Notes: a model not told the origin generated them from the sequence alone. A DNA stretch of 64,000 nt from an uncultured Phycisphaeraceae bacterium (GCA_964586145.1 CAZPHH010000009.1:5912-69911), one strand, 5' to 3'. Positions 29,348 through 38,169 are shown, counted from the first letter of the stretch. Numbers and translations are program-made.

Positions 29348-30264
29348 TGGGTCTCTTTGATCGTTTGCGTAAGGGCCTGGCCAGAACGCGTGAGAAGGTC
29401 GCGGGCGGCGTGCGAGCCATCCTGCCGATCGGGAAACCCATTGACGACAAATTGCTGGACGACCTCCAGGACACGCTTCTGCTGGCCGACGTCGGGCCGG
29501 CCACCGTCGCCAAGCTGATCGACGTGACCCGACAGGCGTGGAAGCGGGGCAAGATCCGCGAGGCCCAGGAAATCGCCGCGTTCATTCAGGAGCACGTGGT
29601 CGCGATGTGGCCGCCGGCCGACCGCTCCATCCGGTTCGCGCCGGACGGCCCGACGGTGGTCCTCGTCACCGGCATCAACGGCTCCGGCAAGACGACCAGT
29701 ATCGCCAAGCTCTCGCACCACCTGACCCGCGAGGGCAAAAGCGTCATCCTCGGCGCCTGCGACACATACCGTGCGGCTGCCATCGAGCAGCTCACCGAAT
29801 GGTCCAACCGGATCGGCGTTCAGATCGTCAAGCACAAGCATGGCGCGGACCCGGGCGCCGTGGCCTATGACGCGTGCGATGCCGCTCTGGCCCGAAAGGC
29901 CGACGTCCTGCTGATCGACACCGCCGGCCGCCTGCACACGCAGGATCACCTCATGCGCGAGCTGGCGAAGATCCAAAAGGTGGTCGAGCGTAAGATTCCC
30001 GGGGCGCCCCACGAAGTATTGCTGGTCCTGGACGCCACCATCGGCCAGAACGCCGTCAGCCAGGCCCGAGTCTTCAGTGAGCACGTTTCGCTGACGGGAA
30101 TCATTCTGGCCAAGCTCGATGGCAGCGCGAAGGGAGGCATCGTCATCGGCATCCGCGACCAGTTGAACGTACCCGTGAAGTTCGTCGGGCTGGGCGAGAC
30201 GCCGGAGGACATCGAGCCGTTTGATCCCGCCCAGTTCATGAGCGCGATGTTCGCCACCGAGTGA
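29347..30264 (+). CDS. ftsY: signal recognition particle receptor FtsY
   Basis: MGLFDRLRKGLARTREK start overlapping the nusB stop (TGATG). NG domain with GINGSGKTTSIAKL, DTAGRLH, AKLDGSAKGG. Confidence 0.92.
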   Translation: MGLFDRLRKGLARTREKVAGGVRAILPIGKPIDDKLLDDLQDTLLLADVGPATVAKLIDVTRQAWKRGKIREAQEIAAFIQEHVVAMWPPADRSIRFAPDGPTVVLVTGINGSGKTTSIAKLSHHLTREGKSVILGACDTYRAAAIEQLTEWSNRIGVQIVKHKHGADPGAVAYDACDAALARKADVLLIDTAGRLHTQDHLMRELAKIQKVVERKIPGAPHEVLLVLDATIGQNAVSQARVFSEHVSLTGIILAKLDGSAKGGIVIGIRDQLNVPVKFVGLGETPEDIEPFDPAQFMSAMFATE

Positions 30265-30276
30265 CCCGAGCCCCGG

Positions 30277-30714
30277 ATGGCCCCTTGCGTCGGATGGCCG
30301 GTCATGAGCCTTGGATCAGACGAGATCAACCGCCTGATGACCGAGTCCATGCCCGGCTGGGGAATCACCGCGTCCCTGTTCTGCGGCACGTGCGGTTACA
30401 ACCTGCGGGGCCTGCCCTACTCCGGCGTGTGCCCGGAATGCGGCCACCGCTACAACGCGTGCGATCATCGTCTCACAGGCATCTTCCTCCCGAATGCCGT
30501 CCCCTTCCCCGGCTCCGACCTCGCATGTACCGTCCTGAGTTTCGGCATGGCCGGTCTGCTGGCCCTCATCGCGATGTCTGAGCGGGGAGCGATTGTGCCT
30601 GCCATTGCGTTTGCCGGCTTCGGCGTGGCCTTCGCCTACTTCACGTGGCGCAAGGCTCGCCTGTTTGTCCGCGCCCAGCGCATCCTCCGCAGGATTGAAC
30701 GGGAGCAAACCTGA
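30277..30714 (+). CDS. zinc-ribbon membrane protein, function unknown
   Basis: CGTCGYNLRGLPYSGVCPECG zinc ribbon followed by two TM helices. The start is uncertain. Confidence 0.5.
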   Translation: MAPCVGWPVMSLGSDEINRLMTESMPGWGITASLFCGTCGYNLRGLPYSGVCPECGHRYNACDHRLTGIFLPNAVPFPGSDLACTVLSFGMAGLLALIAMSERGAIVPAIAFAGFGVAFAYFTWRKARLFVRAQRILRRIEREQT

Positions 30715-30743
30715 TCCCGGGACCGCGAATCCCTCCTCGCGGA

Positions 30744-31121
30744 TCAGAACACCCAGTGGAACACGGTGGCATCCGCCACGGCCAGGACCGCGCAGACCAG
30801 CGACACCTTCACCCACAGCGGCCACGACGGCTTTCCCTCCGCCGCACCCCGTGGCGGCATCACCCTCAACGGCACGAACTGCCGGCGATCCACGGATTCC
30901 CGGGCTTGCGCGATCAGCTCGCCGGCCTCCACGGCGGACAAGTCCAGCAGGGCCCCATACTGCACCAGCCGCTGCCAGCGCCGGCGCGACATCCCGCCCC
31001 GTCTCACCTCCCCAGCCACCATCTCCCGAAAAACGGCGTGCCGTTGCGGGCGCGTCAGCCCCCGCGTCGGTGACGTATCCGCCCCCACCCGATGCAATCC
31101 CGACGATTCACCCTCGAACAT
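30744..31121 (-). CDS. hypothetical protein with C-terminal TM helix
   Basis: ORF with plausible composition and a C-terminal hydrophobic helix (WVKVSLVCAVLAVADATVF). No recognisable family. Confidence 0.4.
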   Translation of the reverse strand: MFEGESSGLHRVGADTSPTRGLTRPQRHAVFREMVAGEVRRGGMSRRRWQRLVQYGALLDLSAVEAGELIAQARESVDRRQFVPLRVMPPRGAAEGKPSWPLWVKVSLVCAVLAVADATVFHWVF

Positions 31122-31306
31122 GACCTTTCCTCCTCCTGTTGAACCCTAGGCGCGCCGAGTCGGCCACGCCACCGGCTCAACCCTGCCGGCTGAACCTGTG
31201 CGAGCAGAGGCGTATTCCTGGGCATTGTGCAGGAGAACCCGCCGCAATAAAGTCGTGCTTTTATTTGGTTGCGTGATTCTCTTCATGAAACCAATGGAAA
31301 TTACCG

Positions 31307-31334
31307 TTGTGTGAATGGAATCTGTCAGTATAAT
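31307..31334 (+). promoter_or_regulatory. candidate promoter of the deoR-BMC operon
   Basis: TTGTGT-16 nt-TATAAT (a perfect -10 hexamer noted by eye) in an AT-rich island. Flanked by two AATGGAA direct repeats 21 bp apart (31293-31299, 31314-31320). Confidence 0.45.
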
Positions 31335-31397
31335 TCCGGTTTCAGTCGCGAACTGTGCGATATCATTCAGGCTGATGCGCGTGCGGGGTAGAGAGCC

Positions 31398-32195
31398 GTG
31401 ACTACGCGGGATCGTCAGACAGAGATGTCCGCCTACCTGGCCGAACACGGATACGCATCCATTTCTGACCTCATGGCCCGGTTTGCCATCTCGGAATCGA
31501 CCGCGCGCCGTGATCTGCAGGAGATGCAGCAACGGGGGCTCCTACGTCGGACGCGCGGCGGCGCCTACTACGTCGGGACTCGAGAGCATCCGCTGAGCTA
31601 CGCCATCCGGGAGGGCCGGTTCACCCGCGCGAAAGAGGAGATCGGGCGTGTGGTGGCCGAGATGGTGCGGGATGGCGACTCGCTGATTCTCGACGGCGGC
31701 ACGACGACGTATCAGGTCGCCCGGCGGCTGCGGGGGCGACCGTTGCAGGTGGTTACGAATTCTCTGCCCATCGCCAACCTCCTCGGGAATGCGCCCCAGA
31801 CCGAATTGGTCTTTCTCGGCGGCTACGTCATGCCGCAGGCGGGCGTCGCACTGGGACCGCACGCCGAGAACATGCTGCGCTCGCTCACCGTGCGGATGGC
31901 CATCATGGGGACGGCCGGCATCACCGAGGAGGGGCTGTTCAACTCGCATCTGCTGATGGTGGAAGTGGAACGGTTGATGATGCAATCGGCGGAAGAGGTC
32001 GTGATCGCGGTGGACCACTCGAAGTTCGGGCGCAAGTCCATGGCCAAGCTCTGCGAGCTGGGTGAATTCCGGCACCTCGTCAGCGATGACGGACTGGAGG
32101 CCCGCTGGGTGAACCTGCTGGAGTCGTGCGGCACGGAGGTTCGGCTCGCCTCCACGGCCGACGGCGAGGACGACGACCCGGGAGAAACGCCATGA
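31398..32195 (+). CDS. DeoR-family transcriptional regulator
   Basis: N-terminal wHTH (ISDLMARFAISESTARRDLQEM) and a C-terminal DeoR sugar-phosphate sensor domain (LILDGGTTT...VVTNS). GTG start. Confidence 0.85.
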   Translation: MTTRDRQTEMSAYLAEHGYASISDLMARFAISESTARRDLQEMQQRGLLRRTRGGAYYVGTREHPLSYAIREGRFTRAKEEIGRVVAEMVRDGDSLILDGGTTTYQVARRLRGRPLQVVTNSLPIANLLGNAPQTELVFLGGYVMPQAGVALGPHAENMLRSLTVRMAIMGTAGITEEGLFNSHLLMVEVERLMMQSAEEVVIAVDHSKFGRKSMAKLCELGEFRHLVSDDGLEARWVNLLESCGTEVRLASTADGEDDDPGETP

Positions 32196-32872
32196 CCCAG
32201 ACCGCCTCGCAGTCCAAGCCGGACCGGGCGCGGATTGAACGCATCGTGCGGGAAATCGTCGCGGACCGTTTCGAACCTCGGCACACGGCCGGCCCCTCGC
32301 AACTCGTTGTGAACATTTCAGCCCGCCACCTGCACATTTCGCAGGAACACCTGGAGCATTTGTTCGGTCCCGGTGCGGAGCTGACCCCGTTCAAGCCGCT
32401 GTATCAGACGGGAGAGTTTGCGAGCGACCAGACGGTGGACCTGGTGGGCCCGCGCCGACGCATCCTGGCCAACGTGCGGATTCTGGGGCCCGTCCGACCG
32501 GCCACACAGATTGAACTGGCTTTTACGGACGCGGTGGGACTGGGCATCGACGTGCCGGTTCGCATGAGCGGCAATCACGAGGGCACGCCCGGCTGCCTGG
32601 TGCTCGGTCCGGCGGGCCGGCTGGAACTGACCCAGGGGGTGATCCGCGCGCAGCGACACGTACACATGACCCCGAAGGACGCGGAGCATTACGGCGTCCA
32701 GGCGGGCGATTCCATGACCCTGATTGTCGAACACGCCACGTGCGCCACGACGCTGCAGGGTGTTATCGCCCGGGTGCATCCAAGCTTCAAGCTCGAGGTG
32801 CATATCGACACCGACGAAGGCAACTGCTGCAATCTGGCGCAGGCAACGCACATACGCCTGGTGAAGGCGTGA
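32192..32872 (+). CDS. pduL: phosphate acyltransferase PduL (PTAC) with N-terminal encapsulation-peptide-like helix
   Basis: Two PduL repeats (VNISARHLHISQEHLEHLFG and VIRAQRHVHMTPKDAEHYGV). N-terminal amphipathic RIERIVREIVADRF. ATGA overlap with deoR. Confidence 0.9.
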   Translation: MTQTASQSKPDRARIERIVREIVADRFEPRHTAGPSQLVVNISARHLHISQEHLEHLFGPGAELTPFKPLYQTGEFASDQTVDLVGPRRRILANVRILGPVRPATQIELAFTDAVGLGIDVPVRMSGNHEGTPGCLVLGPAGRLELTQGVIRAQRHVHMTPKDAEHYGVQAGDSMTLIVEHATCATTLQGVIARVHPSFKLEVHIDTDEGNCCNLAQATHIRLVKA

Positions 32873-32932
32873 CAGACGTTCACGAGATACGGCCTGGCCG
32901 GGCAACGAAACACGGCCGACGGAGAAAGTGAT

Positions 32933-33238
32933 ATGGCAACGATTCAGGCATTGGGAATGATCGAGACGAGGGGGCTGGTGGCCCTCTTCGAGGCATCCGA
33001 CGCCATGCTGAAGGCAGCCAGCGTGGAGATGCTTGGCTGGCGAAAGGTCGGACGCGGCATGGTCACCAGCTTCATCGCAGGCGACGTGGCCGCGGTGAAA
33101 TCGGCCGTGGCCGCAGGGGAAGCCGCCGCCGCCAAGGTGGGAGAAGTGGTGGCCGTGCATATCATTCCGCGGCCCCACGACGAGTTGTCGGGGCTGTATC
33201 CCGACCGCAGCAAGGTGAAGAAGGGCGCAGGCAAGTAG
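32933..33238 (+). CDS. BMC-H shell protein (PF00936-type hexamer), Arg in pore motif
   Basis: ALGMIETRGLVALFEASDAMLKAA...GDVAAVKSAV...IPRPH. The pore loop is KVGRGMV instead of the usual K-I-G-S-G. Confidence 0.93.
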   Translation: MATIQALGMIETRGLVALFEASDAMLKAASVEMLGWRKVGRGMVTSFIAGDVAAVKSAVAAGEAAAAKVGEVVAVHIIPRPHDELSGLYPDRSKVKKGAGK

Positions 33239-33323
33239 GCAATCACGGCTCGGCCCTTCGGGCGCGGCCCGGCGTTGTGTCGTCCGGTGGGCGCCCGGAG
33301 CGTACCAGGCCCGGAGATGAACC

Positions 33324-33593
33324 ATGGATCAGGCAATCGGACTGGTGGAGACCGTCGGCGCGAATCCGTCCATTCAGGCGGCGGACGCCATGTGCAAGGC
33401 GGCAAGCGTGACGTTGGTGGGCAGTGTGGAGATCGGCAGCGGGTACGTCACCACGATCGTTCGCGGTGACGTGGGCAGCGTGAAAGCCGCGGTGGATGCC
33501 GGGGCGGAAGCCGCCAATGCAGCCGGGGAGCTGGTCAGCGCCCACGTCATTCCGCAGCCGCACGAGGACCTGATGGCGGCGATGATGGGGTAG
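33324..33593 (+). CDS. BMC-H shell protein
   Basis: [24 protein letters not shown]...[22 protein letters not shown]...IPQPH. Confidence 0.93.
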   Translation: MDQAIGLVETVGANPSIQAADAMCKAASVTLVGSVEIGSGYVTTIVRGDVGSVKAAVDAGAEAANAAGELVSAHVIPQPHEDLMAAMMG

Positions 33594-33609
33594 TTGCCCG
33601 CGCGGCGTT

Positions 33610-34779
33610 ATGGAAACCATGAACGTACTGGTCGTCAACATCGGCAGCACGTCCTTCAAGTTCCGCCTGTTTGACATGGCGGACGAGACGGTCCTGGCGC
33701 GCGGCAGCGTGGAGGGCGTAGGCAAGCCCGATGCGGCGGTCACGATCCGCATCGGAGACGACCCGCCCGCGGTCACGCATCAGCCGGTGCCGGACCAGGC
33801 GGCAGCCGTCGCCATCTGCACGGGCGGACTGCCCTGCCGCATCGACGCGGTGGGCTTCAAGGCCGTGCATGGCGGATCGATCGCGGACCCGACGGTTGTG
33901 ACGTCTGACGTGCTGCGCGTGATGGAGGAGTTCGCGGACGCGGTGCCGGCGCACAACCCGCCGTACGTCGCCGCGATGCGGGCGTTTCAGACGCGGATGC
34001 CGGAGGTTCCCCTGGTGGCGGCGTTCGAGACGGGCTTCCACCAGACGATCCCACTCACGCGGACGACCTTCGCGGTTCCGCACGAGTGGCGGACGGAGTT
34101 CGGTGTCCGGCGTTACGGTTTCCACGGGGCCTCGCACCGGTACATCGCCGTACGGACCGCCGAACTGCTGGGCCGGCAGGACCTGCGGGTCCTCTCGTGC
34201 CACCTCGGCGGCAGCAGTTCCATCTGTGCCATCCGGGACGGTCGCAGCGTGGCCAACAGTTTCGGCATGACGCCCCAGTCGGGACTGCCGCAGAACAATC
34301 GCGTGGGCGATTTCGACGCGTACGCCATGCTGCTGGTCCGGGCCCGAACGGGAATGGACCTGGATGCGATGCTCACGGCCATGGCCGGTGAGGGCGGGCT
34401 TCTGGGCATCAGCAGGCTGACCAACGACATGCAGAAGTTGGTGGAGGCAGCCCAGGCCGGGCACGCGGGCGCGGAACTCGCCCTCGGCGTTTTCGTGGAA
34501 AGCGTACGGCATTTCATCGGGGCGTACCTGTTGGCGCTGGGCGGGCTGGACGTGCTCGTGTTCACCGGCGGCATCGGGGAACGATCGCCCGAGGTGCGGC
34601 GGCGGGTGTGCGCGGGCCTGGAGTTTGTGGGCATTCGGCTGGATCCCGCGCGGAATGAAAGGGGCGGCGTCGAGGCCACGGTATCGGCTGACGGCGCTCC
34701 CGTCCGCATCCTGGCGATGCAGACGAATGAGGAGTTGATCGTCGCCCGGCAGACGAAACAGGTGCTGGCGACGCGATGA
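33610..34779 (+). CDS. ackA: acetate/propionate kinase
   Basis: VLVVNIGSTSFKFRLF, HNPPY, FHGASH and VFTGGIGE motifs of the AckA family. No terminal extension. Confidence 0.9.
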   Translation: METMNVLVVNIGSTSFKFRLFDMADETVLARGSVEGVGKPDAAVTIRIGDDPPAVTHQPVPDQAAAVAICTGGLPCRIDAVGFKAVHGGSIADPTVVTSDVLRVMEEFADAVPAHNPPYVAAMRAFQTRMPEVPLVAAFETGFHQTIPLTRTTFAVPHEWRTEFGVRRYGFHGASHRYIAVRTAELLGRQDLRVLSCHLGGSSSICAIRDGRSVANSFGMTPQSGLPQNNRVGDFDAYAMLLVRARTGMDLDAMLTAMAGEGGLLGISRLTNDMQKLVEAAQAGHAGAELALGVFVESVRHFIGAYLLALGGLDVLVFTGGIGERSPEVRRRVCAGLEFVGIRLDPARNERGGVEATVSADGAPVRILAMQTNEELIVARQTKQVLATR

Positions 34780-34842
34780 GTGAGCATTCGGGGCCGCCCC
34801 GCTTTGCGGGCCTGGTTCCTCTGAGAACGACCAAGCAAGGAG

Positions 34843-35124
34843 ATGGTTATGGCAAGGCAGGCACTGGGCTTGATTGAAACGCGGGGCCTTATCCCGGCGG
34901 TGGAGGCCACGGACGTGGGGCTGAAGGCGGCAAACGTCACCTTCGCCGGCGCTCGTCAGACCGGTTCCGGATTGATCAGTATCAGTCTGGTGGGTGACGT
35001 GGCGGCAGTGCGAGCGGCCACAGAGGCCGGTGCTGCGGCGGCCGCACGCCTGGGGGAGGTGATCTCGGTCGAGGTGCTCTCGCGTCCGCACGACGAACTC
35101 GAAAAGATCATGCCGAAGAAGTAG
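34843..35124 (+). CDS. BMC-H shell protein
   Basis: ALGLIETRGLIPAVEATDVGLKAA...TGSGLISISLVGDVAAVRAA...LSRPH. Confidence 0.93.
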   Translation: MVMARQALGLIETRGLIPAVEATDVGLKAANVTFAGARQTGSGLISISLVGDVAAVRAATEAGAAAAARLGEVISVEVLSRPHDELEKIMPKK

Positions 35125-35155
35125 CGCTGCCTCGGCCTCAAACGGGAGTGAACCC

Positions 35156-35479
35156 ATGTTCATCGGCAGAGTGACCGGCCACGTCGTGACCACGCAGAAG
35201 GAGCCGAGCATCGCCGAAGTGAAGCTGCTCGTGGTGGAGGCTTGCAACGTGGAGGGGCCCGGCGGCGCTGGGCTCAAGCCGACCGGGCGGGTACTCGTCG
35301 CGATCGACTCGCTCGGGGCAGGCGTGGGCGAATTCGTGCTGGTCACGCAGGGCAGCTCGGCCCGCATGACCGAACAGACCAAGACGATGCCTGTCGACGC
35401 GGTGGTGATCGGCATCATCGATGCGGTGCGGCTGCAGGAATGCGTGCTGCGGCGAGCGGACGGCACCCTCGGCGGGTGA
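35156..35479 (+). CDS. BMC-P vertex protein (EutN/CcmL family) 1
   Basis: MFIGRVTGHVVTTQK...LVAIDSLGAGVGEFVLVTQGSSAR is a typical PF03319 pattern. Confidence 0.9.
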   Translation: MFIGRVTGHVVTTQKEPSIAEVKLLVVEACNVEGPGGAGLKPTGRVLVAIDSLGAGVGEFVLVTQGSSARMTEQTKTMPVDAVVIGIIDAVRLQECVLRRADGTLGG

Positions 35480-35514
35480 CGCCACTCCACAGGCGTCGCA
35501 GACGGAAGTGAGCC

Positions 35515-36963
35515 ATGGCGACAACAGGCAGAAAGATGGATGAGACGCTGATCGCGGATGTGGTGAGCGCAGTGCTGGCCCGCCTGGGACCCGTTCCGGC
35601 GGTCCAGACGCCGCCCGCCAAGAGCGAGCCTTCTCCCGCCGGCCGGTTCGGCATCTTCCATGACGTCGACGCTGCGGTGAAGGCGGCCACCCAGGCCCAG
35701 CGCCAGTTGGCCGACGGCACCCTGGCCATGCGGGAAGCGGCCGTGGAGTGCATCCGCCACGTCATGCGACGCGACCGCGACGAACTCGCCCGCATCGAGT
35801 TTACTGAGACGAAGATGGGTCGTCTGCCCCACAAGCTCGCCAAACTCGACCTGGCGGCGACCGTCCCGGGCGTGGAAATGCTGCGCACCGAGGCCGTCAG
35901 CGGCGATCACGGGCTGACCATCACGGAATACGCCCCCTACGGCGTGATCGGCGTGGTGACCCCGGTCACGCACAGCATTCCCACGGTGGGATGCAACGCC
36001 ATCATGATGATCGCGGCCGGCAACAGCATGGTCTGCAACCCTCACCCCTCCGGGGCGAAGTGCGCCGTGGAGGCCGCCCGCCGGTTCAACCGAGAGATCG
36101 TACAGAGGATCGGAATCGACAATCTGATCTGCCTGATCGAGAACCCTACGCTGGAGAGCGCAGACCGCATCTTCCACCACCCCGGCATACGGATGCTCTG
36201 TGTGACGGGCGGACCCGGCGTGGCCAAGGCCGCGCTGGTGTCGGGCAAACGGGCTGTCGTGGCCGGTCCGGGCAACCCGCCGGTCGTGGTGGACGAGACG
36301 GCGGACATCGAGAAGGCCGCGGCGGGCATCATCGAGGGCGCCGCCTTTGATAACGACCTGCTCTGCATCGGCGAGAAGGAGGTCTTCGTAGTGCGGTCCG
36401 TGGCCGACGCCCTGATGGCCGCGATGGAACGTCACGGCGGGCACCGCCTGACACCGGCCGATCTGGACCGGCTGGCACAGGCCGTCCTCCACAAGGACGA
36501 GAAGACGGGCCACTACCATCCGAAGAAGGAATTCGTCGGGCAGGACCCGCAGGTGCTGGCCGAGACGATCGGCGTGCGGGTGGCGGCGGACGCACAGGTG
36601 CTGTTTGCCCAGACCACCGAAACCAATCCGTTCGTTCCGTGCGAGCAGATGATGCCCGTGCTGCCCATCGTTCCGGTGGCGGACGTGGACGAGGCCATTG
36701 CCAAGGCCGTGCACTACGAGCACGGATTCCGACACACGGTCATGATGTGGTCACGGAACGTGGACAACCTGACAAAAATGGGCAAGGCCAGTGACGCCAC
36801 CATCTTCGTGAAGAACGGCGCCTGCCCGGCCGGGCTGAGCGTCGGCGGCGAAGGATACGCCTCGTTTTCCATCGCCTCCCCCACGGGTGAAGGCGTCACC
36901 AGCCCGCTTTCGTTCACGCGGGCGAGGCGCTGCGTAATGGTGGACAATCTGCGCATCGTGTAA
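35515..36963 (+). CDS. CoA-acylating aldehyde dehydrogenase (PduP/EutE-like) with N-terminal encapsulation peptide
   Basis: N-terminal ETLIADVVSAVLARL helix plus a Pro-rich linker. ALDH core with catalytic-Cys context FDNDLLCIGEKE, as in BMC AldDHs. Confidence 0.9.
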   Translation: MATTGRKMDETLIADVVSAVLARLGPVPAVQTPPAKSEPSPAGRFGIFHDVDAAVKAATQAQRQLADGTLAMREAAVECIRHVMRRDRDELARIEFTETKMGRLPHKLAKLDLAATVPGVEMLRTEAVSGDHGLTITEYAPYGVIGVVTPVTHSIPTVGCNAIMMIAAGNSMVCNPHPSGAKCAVEAARRFNREIVQRIGIDNLICLIENPTLESADRIFHHPGIRMLCVTGGPGVAKAALVSGKRAVVAGPGNPPVVVDETADIEKAAAGIIEGAAFDNDLLCIGEKEVFVVRSVADALMAAMERHGGHRLTPADLDRLAQAVLHKDEKTGHYHPKKEFVGQDPQVLAETIGVRVAADAQVLFAQTTETNPFVPCEQMMPVLPIVPVADVDEAIAKAVHYEHGFRHTVMMWSRNVDNLTKMGKASDATIFVKNGACPAGLSVGGEGYASFSIASPTGEGVTSPLSFTRARRCVMVDNLRIV

Positions 36964-36980
36964 GAGACCGGATAGCGAAC

Positions 36981-37250
36981 ATGCTGCTGGGCACCGTGGA
37001 AGGACATGCAACCTCGACCGTCAAGCACCGCTCGCTGCGCGGCGTGAAGCTCGTGCTGGTGCAGCCCGTGCGGTCGATGACCGCGGAGCCGGTGCTGGCC
37101 GTGGACCGCATCGGGACCGCCGTCGGAGACGTGGTGATGATTTCCAGCGACGGCAAAGGCACGCGGGAGTTCGTCGGCGACCCCACGTCCCCCGCCCGCT
37201 GGACGATCGTCGGGATCGTGGACAATACAAAGGACCTGGCATTGGCATGA
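36981..37250 (+). CDS. BMC-P vertex protein 2
   Basis: MLLGTVEGHATSTVKH...LVLVQPV...LAVDRIGTAVGDVVMISSDG. Confidence 0.9.
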   Translation: MLLGTVEGHATSTVKHRSLRGVKLVLVQPVRSMTAEPVLAVDRIGTAVGDVVMISSDGKGTREFVGDPTSPARWTIVGIVDNTKDLALA

Positions 37251-37879
37251 GCCGCCCGCTGATCACCGTCAAGACCCTGATCGCCCAGTCACGCGAGGGC
37301 GCGGCCATCAACCTGCCCGCCGACGCGATCATCACGCCGGCCGCACAGGACTGGCTGCAGGCCACCCGCCTGCCCGTGCGTCGAAACGGCCCCGGCGCCC
37401 GCGCCCCGGCGTCCAGCCCCACGGTATACCTGATCGGCGACGCCCAGGAGCCCACCCTGCAGACGCTGCTGCCTATTCTGGAGCGGCAGCACGAGTCGCT
37501 GACCTTCCTGCCCTGCCAGGGACACCTGGCCGGCTGTCTCGATGCGGTTCGCCGCATGTGCGACGGCCTTTCTCAGTGCTCGCAGCGCCGCGGCATCGTC
37601 GTCGTCCGAGCGGGGAGCATCGTGAGTTGCGTGGCGAATCGGAATCCCAAGGTGCGCGCGGCCGTTCTGACCCGGCCGTCGGACCTGTACGGCCTGCAGA
37701 CAAACCTGGACATCAACGTGTTGGTTCTGGAGCAGGAGCGGCTGTCGCTGCGGCAGATGCAGTCGAGCATCGAGACGTTCCTGAGAGGCAAGGGCTCCCT
37801 GCACCCCGCGGTGGAGGCGGCGTTGTCCGGGACTGCAACGGCCAGCGCAAGCTGCATCCCCTGCAACGGAGCGAAATGA
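37247..37879 (+). CDS. BMC-associated protein: EutQ-N-terminal-like segment fused to a degenerate RpiB/LacAB-like domain
   Basis: N-terminus RPLITVKTLIAQSREGAAINLPADAIITPAAQDWL resembles the EutQ N-terminal segment (from memory). The C-terminal half aligns by hand to RpiB (GIVVVRAGSIVSCVANRNPKVRAAVL...INVLVLE), but the catalytic Cys/Thr/His positions are substituted. ATGA overlaps at both ends. Confidence 0.6.
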   Translation: MSRPLITVKTLIAQSREGAAINLPADAIITPAAQDWLQATRLPVRRNGPGARAPASSPTVYLIGDAQEPTLQTLLPILERQHESLTFLPCQGHLAGCLDAVRRMCDGLSQCSQRRGIVVVRAGSIVSCVANRNPKVRAAVLTRPSDLYGLQTNLDINVLVLEQERLSLRQMQSSIETFLRGKGSLHPAVEAALSGTATASASCIPCNGAK

Positions 37880-38169
37880 CCATGCGCGTGGGAAACGTGA
37901 TCGGCACGGTGACTCTCTCGCAGCGACTCGAAAACGTGGCCGGCGGCCGGTTCCTGGTCGTGCAACCGCGCGGGCTGGCCTCGCTGCGTGACGGGTCGCC
38001 GAGCACCGCCGAGCCCATCGTGGCGTACGACGAGATCAGCGCGGGGATCGGGTCCGTCGTCTCGATATCCGAAGGTCGCGAAGCGGCCATGCCGTTCCAC
38101 CCGCGCCTGGTCCCCGTTGACGCGTACGTGGCGGCCGTCCTGGACCACGTGGAGGCCGGGCAGTCGTAA
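37876..38169 (+). CDS. BMC-P vertex protein 3
   Basis: MTMRVGNVIGTVTLSQR...FLVVQP...VAYDEISAGIGSVVSISEG. Lies inside a longer out-of-context track ORF (37558..38169). Confidence 0.9.
   Translation: MTMRVGNVIGTVTLSQRLENVAGGRFLVVQPRGLASLRDGSPSTAEPIVAYDEISAGIGSVVSISEGREAAMPFHPRLVPVDAYVAAVLDHVEAGQS

Noticed and set aside
33547-36735. 1062-aa ORF on the minus strand spanning most of the BMC operon. Similar long antisense ORFs occur at 41826..43628, 47667..50081, 53341..55095, 38036..39343, 39337..40719, 4683..5975, 24965..26080, 25999..27285 and 32318..33325.
   Set aside because: They lie antisense to genes with unmistakable conserved products. Their translations are low-complexity R/G/P/A/H-rich with no family resemblance. 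Stop-codon scarcity in GC-rich DNA explains them.
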